This document shows positions 25,455 through 31,767 of a stretch of 31,767 nt of DNA, in pieces. Each line of letters starts with the position of its first letter. Position 1 is the first letter of the stretch. Both the position numbers and the translations under genes were made by a program. Below the pieces are notes generated by a model, which worked only from the letters and a program-made list of their open reading frames with translations, had not been told where the DNA came from and did not search any database. The DNA comes from a virus (lineage: Duplodnaviria; Caudoviricetes): positions 1-31,767 of the IMG/VR virus record IMGVR_UViG_3300047552_001713. The stretch is one strand, 5' to 3'.

Positions 25455-27476
25455 TTATTTTTCCAAGTCTTCCCAGCCATCAAACTCAATTGTTTCTGAT
25501 TCTGACTTATAATAATCAGGATTTTCGATAAGGTGGTCCATTGCAATAGATTGAGCAACTTTCTTCTTATTTGTATGCTCCATTTCGTGCTCGGAGCCTT
25601 CTGCTAGTTGTTCTTGGTCAAAATCCTTTGGATCCATTCCTTCAGATAGACCACCTTCCATCTTTTGCTCTAATTCCGGTGGAGCATCTGTGTCAGTTGG
25701 CATTGGTGGAGTATTGTCAAAAGAGAAGGTTGCATGAGCACCTGGTTTAGATAGCTCATCGACGTGTTCCGGTCTGACCTTATTTGCCAATGTGTTGAAG
25801 TTCCTGAAAGTCCTTTTTAATGCATTAAAATACTTATTATAATGCCTATCTCTTTCTTGTTGTATTACTATGTTTCTTTGCGCTGGGTCTTTGAAATTCC
25901 ATACATGCTTTGGTATAACAAATTGTGGCAAAAGCTTTTCTAGTTTCTTTCTAGTAACTGGGTCGTTCATTACATTTATTAATCTAGCATAATGCTCTGT
26001 ACCGCCTCCACCACCGGGTCCGTAATTAAGATTTTGGAATGCCTTCATTGCATTTTTAGCTTCTTGACCATTTTCTACACCATTATAAGCCATTTCTAAT
26101 AAATTATCATATAATGGAGATAATTGAGATACCTTTGCTTTATTTTCTGTGACTAATCTGTGTTCAAGGCCGTGAGAATCTTCGTGTAATTTTGTTCCAA
26201 TTACAGATTTGGGATTATTAAGCAACTTTAAGCGTCTTCTTACATCTTCATCATTGACTTTAACACCTGCCTCCTTGTCTTTTAAATATTTTTGCCTAAC
26301 AATATCGGCTCTCATATTTTCATTCAAAGCGGCGCCAGTTGTTGTTAATCTAAATCCCGAATGACCTATGTCACCAAGTAATTCTTGTGGGTCTTTCTTT
26401 GCTCTTTCTATCTTTTCGCTGTCTCCTTTTGTTCTAGCTTCAACTAGTGCCACTTTATTTGCATGGGCTTTATAGTCACTTTCTGCTGGAATTGTAAATG
26501 GAGTTTTTGATCCGGGTGGGGTGGAAGGTCCGATAATTGGAGTATCTCTTCTATCATCTCCTTTGGGAGAATGCTGAGTACCCAATAATCCGGGCCACTT
26601 AGTAGATGGTTGTACTTTAGTTAGTTCTTCCGACTTTTTCCAGTTATATGAAGGCAAAGATAATTTGCTAGCTATTTTATCAAAAGCAGTTCTTAATTCT
26701 GGATTCATTTGTGGCTTAGCTTTTAGCCAAGGCTTTGCTTGTTTAGCTTTATTAAAAGCAATTACATATGAATCTTGCTTAATTTTCTCTGGATTACTCG
26801 CTAATGCCGACTTAGCTGCATTAATTCCATATCTCCATGAATAAGCAACCGCATCTGGGTCTAGTAATTGATTTTGATTACTATTCCAGATGTGTTTAGC
26901 TATTTCATTATGGAAATCTGGGTCGGTCTTGATTTTCTTAAGAAAATCCATTTTACTGCCAATATCTGGGAACTTGGCCTGTAATCTCTTGCTATCTTTA
27001 TAGGCATCAAAAGCAACCATTGGCTTTAAGCCTAATGGTCCATGAGCAGTATTCCAGTCAGTTTTGTTTGGAACATGTTTCATGTTTGTTCCATATTGAC
27101 TTTCATTTATAGAAATAGCTCTTAAGTCATCATGCAGAGTTTCTGGCTTAAATACAGCTTCTGCGTCGAATTTCTCTGGCTCATTAGGAGAGTTAGTTGC
27201 TAAGAACTTAGGTTTCTCCTTAAACATCATTGCTGGAGGTGGCTTTTGTTGATTGGGTTGACTTGGATTAACTGCAGATTGATTTACTGCAGTAACTGGC
27301 TTTTGTGGAGTTTGTTGAGTAGGAGGCGAAGCGATAGCAGAAGCGGACAATGCAGCACCAGCTAAGGCACCTTTCCATCCCTTTTCTAAATCAGAGCCTG
27401 AATTAAGCAGCTTCTTAAGCTCTTCTTTATGTTCTGTATCTTTATTAGACATGGGAACTAAATACCCCCAGACCAT
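25455..27476 (-). CDS. Multidomain protein: lytic transglycosylase-like + HExxH zinc-peptidase-like + DUF5661
   Basis: AISINESQYG / AHGPLGL / AYSWRYG; LHEDSH...TEHYA; GSEHEMEHT..KVAQSIAMDHLIENPDYY. The real start is probably MSNKD (~27452). Confidence 0.65.
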   Translation of the reverse strand: MVWGYLVPMSNKDTEHKEELKKLLNSGSDLEKGWKGALAGAALSASAIASPPTQQTPQKPVTAVNQSAVNPSQPNQQKPPPAMMFKEKPKFLATNSPNEPEKFDAEAVFKPETLHDDLRAISINESQYGTNMKHVPNKTDWNTAHGPLGLKPMVAFDAYKDSKRLQAKFPDIGSKMDFLKKIKTDPDFHNEIAKHIWNSNQNQLLDPDAVAYSWRYGINAAKSALASNPEKIKQDSYVIAFNKAKQAKPWLKAKPQMNPELRTAFDKIASKLSLPSYNWKKSEELTKVQPSTKWPGLLGTQHSPKGDDRRDTPIIGPSTPPGSKTPFTIPAESDYKAHANKVALVEARTKGDSEKIERAKKDPQELLGDIGHSGFRLTTTGAALNENMRADIVRQKYLKDKEAGVKVNDEDVRRRLKLLNNPKSVIGTKLHEDSHGLEHRLVTENKAKVSQLSPLYDNLLEMAYNGVENGQEAKNAMKAFQNLNYGPGGGGGTEHYARLINVMNDPVTRKKLEKLLPQFVIPKHVWNFKDPAQRNIVIQQERDRHYNKYFNALKRTFRNFNTLANKVRPEHVDELSKPGAHATFSFDNTPPMPTDTDAPPELEQKMEGGLSEGMDPKDFDQEQLAEGSEHEMEHTNKKKVAQSIAMDHLIENPDYYKSESETIEFDGWEDLEK

Positions 27477-28293
27477 ATAGGTTCTTTAGTCTGCGAATTA
27501 GCCCGTCTCTCTTCTTTTCTAAGTAGTCAATCTTAGGCTGGAACGCTTGTGGACCCGGGGTTGACATACTTTGGCTTGCCCCGTCAATTGACATAGAGTA
27601 GCTTTGTGCTCTATTAGTAATCTGTAGAGCATTTAGTACCTCAATTGCCGCATTGCATCCTATAATTTCATTTACAACCTTTGGAACTACAGCATTTGGG
27701 AATCCAGCAGTATAGGTTACTCTAATAAACGCAGGAACCCATGCCAAACCTGACATAACATGTAAATAAGCTGCACCGCCGCCAGGATTTCCTGTATTAG
27801 TACCACCAATAAGACCGCCCGCTATTGCTGGAACGAATGGAATTAGATTTATTTGACCCTTATGGAAGTTAGCTGATTCAATCCAGTCTAGGTTTACAGA
27901 GAAAATATCTTGCCCAGATGGAGGAGTGAAGGCAAACTTTTCGATACTCATTACTGGACGATGCTCTACCTTAATGTACCCATATGAAATCCAGAAGTTT
28001 CTATCAAATGGATGCTTTTCGTCGTATTGGACTGGAAATATAGTTAATCCAGTTTGCAATTCGGCTTCAGCAACGCCACGTTCAATAAAATCCTTTAAAT
28101 CATCACTAGTAAGTTCGTCTCTTTGGTTAGTGACGGGATTAATGAAATATGAAACTAATGGGATTCCAAAAAGGAATCTCTTAGTTAGTTGCTCTGGAGT
28201 AATAAGCGGTTCTACGCGTCTCCATTCTTGAGCATCTATAGCTCTATCTGGAAATACGGAACTAACTGGCTTTGAATTATCGTAAGATGCCAT
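27445..28293 (-). CDS. Putative head-tail adaptor (neck) protein
   Basis: Adaptor-like pattern: ...EKHPF..., RVTYTAGF...P..V...IG, SYSMSIDG.SQS. ATG 28293 has a GGAGG RBS. Confidence 0.65.
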   Translation of the reverse strand: MASYDNSKPVSSVFPDRAIDAQEWRRVEPLITPEQLTKRFLFGIPLVSYFINPVTNQRDELTSDDLKDFIERGVAEAELQTGLTIFPVQYDEKHPFDRNFWISYGYIKVEHRPVMSIEKFAFTPPSGQDIFSVNLDWIESANFHKGQINLIPFVPAIAGGLIGGTNTGNPGGGAAYLHVMSGLAWVPAFIRVTYTAGFPNAVVPKVVNEIIGCNAAIEVLNALQITNRAQSYSMSIDGASQSMSTPGPQAFQPKIDYLEKKRDGLIRRLKNLYGLGVFSSHV

Positions 28294-28305
28294 TGTAGCC
28301 TCCAA

Positions 28306-28722
28306 TTAACAACGTGAAGCAGTCTGAGGAGCTACGTTGACGACATTGCTAACAAACGCTCTAGTAACCTTAAGTGTCTCAGTTAGAGCTATTTGAAGAC
28401 TGAATGTCCCTGACTTAAGCAAGTCAGTACTTAAGATATCTATCTTCCATATGGAAGTATCGTTTGCGAATGGCTGAGTAGCTATTTTAGCTAAACTATT
28501 GACATCATTGATGTTTTGGATATTAACCTGCAAAGTAGCGCCACTTGCTGGCATATATCTCTTACCAACCGGCCTATTTTTGACAATATCCTTGTCTTTG
28601 TCTAAGTCAACTAATTGAAAATATAGAGACGGGGTATCACCTTCTGATAATCTATAAACATCCCCATATTCCCAATTATTAACGTCAACAACGTTTAATA
28701 ATAAGCGTGCAGAAAGATACAT
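28306..28722 (-). CDS. Ig-like (BppU-N-like) virion structural protein
   Basis: LSEGDT..LYFQLVD beta pattern. RBS GAGGAG. First gene after the late motif. Confidence 0.55.
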   Translation of the reverse strand: MYLSARLLLNVVDVNNWEYGDVYRLSEGDTPSLYFQLVDLDKDKDIVKNRPVGKRYMPASGATLQVNIQNINDVNSLAKIATQPFANDTSIWKIDILSTDLLKSGTFSLQIALTETLKVTRAFVSNVVNVAPQTASRC

Positions 28723-28740
28723 TCGAGTTTCTCCTCGAAT

Positions 28741-28749
28741 TAAAGATTG
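28741..28749 (-). promoter_or_regulatory. Putative late promoter CAATCTTTA at the start of the structural block
   Basis: About 19 nt upstream of ATG 28722. Confidence 0.55.
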
Positions 28750-28758
28750 TTACGTCGG

Positions 28759-28935
28759 CTATCGCGACTTGGCCTTATTTGTATTTAATAATTTATTGTT
28801 AAGATAGGCTCCTAAGATGCAAATTATTGCTAAAAATAGGTAGTATCCTCCAAAATCATTCTTAAATAAAACTTTGTGTATAATAGCTTGTACGATATTT
28901 ATAAAAGCGCAAAACAGCATTATCCAAAACATCAT
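28759..28935 (-). CDS. Small two-TM membrane protein (58 aa)
   Basis: MMFWIMLFCAFINIVQAIIHKVLFKNDFGGYYLFLAIICILGAYLNNKLLNTNKAKSR. ATGA overlap with the upstream stop. Not in the ORF track. Confidence 0.6.
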   Translation of the reverse strand: MMFWIMLFCAFINIVQAIIHKVLFKNDFGGYYLFLAIICILGAYLNNKLLNTNKAKSR

Positions 28936-29351
28936 ATTGTTCCAATTCTTGGGTCGATATCTCTGTTTTTGTTTAAGATAACAGAACTAACCATAAACTT
29001 CTGGGCCACATCTGCCTTACCACTGACTGATTTTACAGTATAATGACCTTGTAAATGAGGATAGAGGCCGGGGGAGCCATTTTCTAAGTCAAGTCTCTCT
29101 GGAGTTTCGTAATCAATGAAAAACTCAGCTACAACCACCTTACCTTCTACTTTTAAGGTGGCGCATCCAATTAGTCCGCTTTCTCCATAAACCGGAACAA
29201 CTGGCTCACAATGGAGTTTACATACTTCAAAGTTGCATCTACGGACATTTTGGTGTTCGTCATCAAAAATAAAGACATCGGCAGACTTATTAAAAGTCCT
29301 GATGTCATTCATTGAAATGACTTTGGTTTCGTCTAGTTCTAATTCATCCAT
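28932..29351 (-). CDS. Hypothetical protein
   Basis: Co-oriented and tightly packed. RBS GGAG. Confidence 0.7.
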   Translation of the reverse strand: MDELELDETKVISMNDIRTFNKSADVFIFDDEHQNVRRCNFEVCKLHCEPVVPVYGESGLIGCATLKVEGKVVVAEFFIDYETPERLDLENGSPGLYPHLQGHYTVKSVSGKADVAQKFMVSSVILNKNRDIDPRIGTI

Positions 29352-29353
29352 GA

Positions 29354-29725
29354 TTAAGCATTAGCTCCCTTTTGGGTAGCCATTATATCATACGGAACGT
29401 GTCCTGAATAGGCCAGAAGTTCATACCAGGTATTGAGTTTTACGAAGAAATCTCTATCTTCGGCTAAATCTTCATAAAGAAGGTCGTTTATATAGCTTTG
29501 ATTAATACTTAAATACATGTTAATGGATTCATTTATAAAGCCATTAATAGAATATTCATACACCATAAGACAGAGGCCCTTGGAATGCTCTCTTTTTGTA
29601 ATCTTGTTCTTATTAAGAAGGCTATCAAGCGCTATCTTCTCAGCCTCTAAGTCCTTCTTTTCCTTGGTCATATTTAATAGATTACTATTCATAGTATCAT
29701 TTCTTTGTATAGACGAATTGTTCAT
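29354..29725 (-). CDS. Hypothetical protein
   Basis: Co-oriented. Start may be ATG 29692. Confidence 0.65.
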   Translation of the reverse strand: MNNSSIQRNDTMNSNLLNMTKEKKDLEAEKIALDSLLNKNKITKREHSKGLCLMVYEYSINGFINESINMYLSINQSYINDLLYEDLAEDRDFFVKLNTWYELLAYSGHVPYDIMATQKGANA

Positions 29726-30482
29726 TATAGATGTTCTGGACTCTATCTTTAAGCAGATTTAAACCCATTTCTTTGCTATTATGAATAATTGCATCAAATA
29801 ATGAAGCACTGATGTCGCTAAGTTCCGTCTCAGATTGATGCGTACTTTTAACTACATCATTGCGGCTCTCTATTTTCCATACTTTACTACCCAATAGTGC
29901 CATGTTTACTACTTCATTTCTAAATCTAGCATCGGTGATTATAATAAACGGACTATAATCTCTTGAATCCGTCCTAACAAGACCGTCAGTTTGAGAATAT
30001 TTGTATCCACCAATAAGCATTTTTTTAATAACATCTTTAGCATAATTTACCCAAATGTCAGGATGGACACTTCTTCCCCATTCTGTACCTAAAGTTTGTA
30101 ATGCTATTCTTGGTGTTAATACTGGCTCATTTGTTAGTTTAACAAAAATATCATTTCTTAGAGAATTTATAGCTGCAGCGAGGTTTTCATGCTTAAATAC
30201 TTCAGCTATTTCTTGAAATAATGGTTTTTGAAAAATATTTCTATTAATTTGATACCATGCTTCTTTAGCGGTTTCCTTGTCTGAAAACCTAGGCTCTATT
30301 TCATTACGTTTATGAGATGGTCCCCATAGTTGTTCATCTGAGAAGCCAAAGATGTTTTTAGCTATTCTTTTTAATGGATCAGCAAAGGCTATAGTTTGCC
30401 CATTTGATACCTCTGTAAGCATCTTGCCTACAGTATCCTTGCCAACCCCAGCATTTCCAACTAATGTAATTACTGGAATCAT
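29697..30482 (-). CDS. Deoxynucleoside monophosphate kinase (phage type)
   Basis: P-loop GNAGVGKDT, AFADPLK, TPR.ALQ.LGTEWGR, ITDARF.NE and HQSE. ATGA coupling to thyX. Confidence 0.9.
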   Translation of the reverse strand: MIPVITLVGNAGVGKDTVGKMLTEVSNGQTIAFADPLKRIAKNIFGFSDEQLWGPSHKRNEIEPRFSDKETAKEAWYQINRNIFQKPLFQEIAEVFKHENLAAAINSLRNDIFVKLTNEPVLTPRIALQTLGTEWGRSVHPDIWVNYAKDVIKKMLIGGYKYSQTDGLVRTDSRDYSPFIIITDARFRNEVVNMALLGSKVWKIESRNDVVKSTHQSETELSDISASLFDAIIHNSKEMGLNLLKDRVQNIYNEQFVYTKK

Positions 30483-31144
30483 GTATTCCACCCCAATGCA
30501 TTTAATGTATGTGGGAAATGTACTGGTAATATTGTAGTTATTATACTATTTGCAATATCTGAGTGTTCCTTTTGAGTTCCATTAGCCCTTCTTAGGTCTA
30601 GGTAATGAATCCAGCTGCGTAGACTGCCCTTCATATATAGTCTGGTAGACGTATTTAGTGGGAGGAGGAATCTTGCTTGTTCCTTAGCTATGCCCTTGGC
30701 AATTGCTTCATTATATAGATTAAATGATTTATCCCATACCTGCATTTGAGCTTCGATAAACCACTCTTTGTCTGATTGCGACATATCATCTATAGAGTTC
30801 TGTCTATTCTTTGTGTCTTGACGACGAGCTTCGTATTGTTCAAAATTCGTAACCCCTGAATATCTTTGGGAAAATTCTGAAAATACAAAACTTCTGTGAC
30901 GAAGTATTTGCGCAGCAATTGCCCTACTTGTCTCAATTTCAACAGTAAAGTCCACCATTTCTAATGGTGACCAGTGTTTATTAGCAATGAGATACTTTAA
31001 TAACTTAGGTGCGGTTTCTAAATTGTCTTGATTTTGTGGAGATGAAACTCTCCCTACATAACAAATTAAATCCTCTGTACTAAGTTCTAATCCATTGGCG
31101 GTAGTTATTAACGGCTTAGTAATACTTACAATTTTAGTCTTCAT
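30479..31144 (-). CDS. thyX: Flavin-dependent thymidylate synthase
   Basis: HWSPLE, the ThyX motif RHRSFVFSEFSQRY, EQARFLLP and GSLRSWIHYLDLR. Confidence 0.95.
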   Translation of the reverse strand: MKTKIVSITKPLITTANGLELSTEDLICYVGRVSSPQNQDNLETAPKLLKYLIANKHWSPLEMVDFTVEIETSRAIAAQILRHRSFVFSEFSQRYSGVTNFEQYEARRQDTKNRQNSIDDMSQSDKEWFIEAQMQVWDKSFNLYNEAIAKGIAKEQARFLLPLNTSTRLYMKGSLRSWIHYLDLRRANGTQKEHSDIANSIITTILPVHFPHTLNALGWNT

Positions 31145-31767
31145 TTACTCCCTTTCAATCCGTGTGGGTGACCTTCTTCATTTCCTGAAGGAGTTACTTG
31201 TAGTATTTTAACCTTATTTCTGAATTCAGACAGATTTGTAGCTCCAGTATAGCTAAGTGCTGAGCGTAATCCTCCACAAATTTGGTTAATAATATCGCCA
31301 ACTGGCCCAGTTACTGGCTTCATCATCGCGACTCCTTCTGGAGTATAGTCATTTGATAGATTTTCATCAAAATCAAGACGTGCTTCACGACTTGCCATAC
31401 CTCGATAAACCTTTTGTCCTTGAATTATTTGACCTGGAGTCTCAAAGCTACCTACAAGCATCCCACCTAGCATTACTGCATCAGCGCCGCAAGCAAGGGC
31501 TTTAGCTACATCTCCGCTTTCTCTACATCCACCATCGGCTATTAGGTCGAATTTGAATTCCTTCTTTAAAGCGGCTATATCAACGATAGCTGATAATTGT
31601 GGAACTCCATGGCCTGTGACGCGTCGCGTTACGCAGCTTGAACCCGGCCCGATTCCAACTTTAATGGCTATAGCTCCAGCTTCTAATAGTCTCCTTGCGC
31701 CTTCATAAGTGGCAACATTGCCAGCAATTATTTTAGCTTGTGGATGGTATTCTAATAATTTTTTAAT
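31141..31767 (-). CDS. IMP dehydrogenase/GMP reductase family protein (5'-truncated by the window edge)
   Basis: The frame is open to the right edge: IAGNVAT, KVGIGPGSSCVTR (catalytic Cys), IADGG, GD.AKALA.GADAVMLG, YRGMAS, PEG. Confidence 0.92.
   Translation of the reverse strand: MKKLLEYHPQAKIIAGNVATYEGARRLLEAGAIAIKVGIGPGSSCVTRRVTGHGVPQLSAIVDIAALKKEFKFDLIADGGCRESGDVAKALACGADAVMLGGMLVGSFETPGQIIQGQKVYRGMASREARLDFDENLSNDYTPEGVAMMKPVTGPVGDIINQICGGLRSALSYTGATNLSEFRNKVKILQVTPSGNEEGHPHGLKGSK

Noticed and set aside
880-30537. Other short ORFs nested in or antisense to long genes (e.g. 2879, 3884, 7150, 13143, 19411, 23831, 27926)
   Set aside because: Fully overlapped by well-supported genes, with no motifs or translation signals.
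31141-31473. 110-aa stand-alone ORF or pseudogene
   Set aside because: The same frame is open to the window edge, so it is the 3' part of an IMPDH/GMPR gene.
1-31767. Alternative genetic code (stop-codon recoding)
   Set aside because: Genes are long and tightly packed under code 11, and TAA, TGA and TAG all appear as plausible stops.

Overview
This window looks like a fragment of a large, AT-rich myovirus (jumbo-phage-like) genome in the standard genetic code. Almost all genes are on the minus strand. Read in transcription order (right to left), it contains: (1) nucleotide-metabolism genes (truncated IMPDH/GMP-reductase family, thyX, dNMP kinase) and small hypotheticals; (2) a late morphogenesis block with putative head-tail adaptor, head-closure, neck and tail-terminator genes, a 957-aa tail sheath and a tail tube; (3) an accessory fibre/spike cluster with a repeat-modular GC-rich fibre, two paralogous beta-helix spikes and a clan GH-A glycoside hydrolase, followed by a signal-peptide-bearing ClpP-family protease. 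The most unusual feature is a set of seven non-canonical proteins interleaved among the neck genes. All carry repeated [LMF]-x-K|[SAGT]-E-like motifs that may be prohead-protease cut sites. They include a HipA/PI3-PI4-kinase-like protein, a three-module protein (lytic transglycosylase + HExxH peptidase + DUF5661), a protein with an apparently catalytically dead mCpol nucleotide-cyclase domain, and Pro-rich disordered proteins. Together these suggest a capsid-packaged, proteolytically released effector arsenal. A recurrent AATCTT motif marks probable late promoters, and sigma70 extended -10 promoters drive small inserted genes. All family calls come from motif recognition by eye; no database searches were run.
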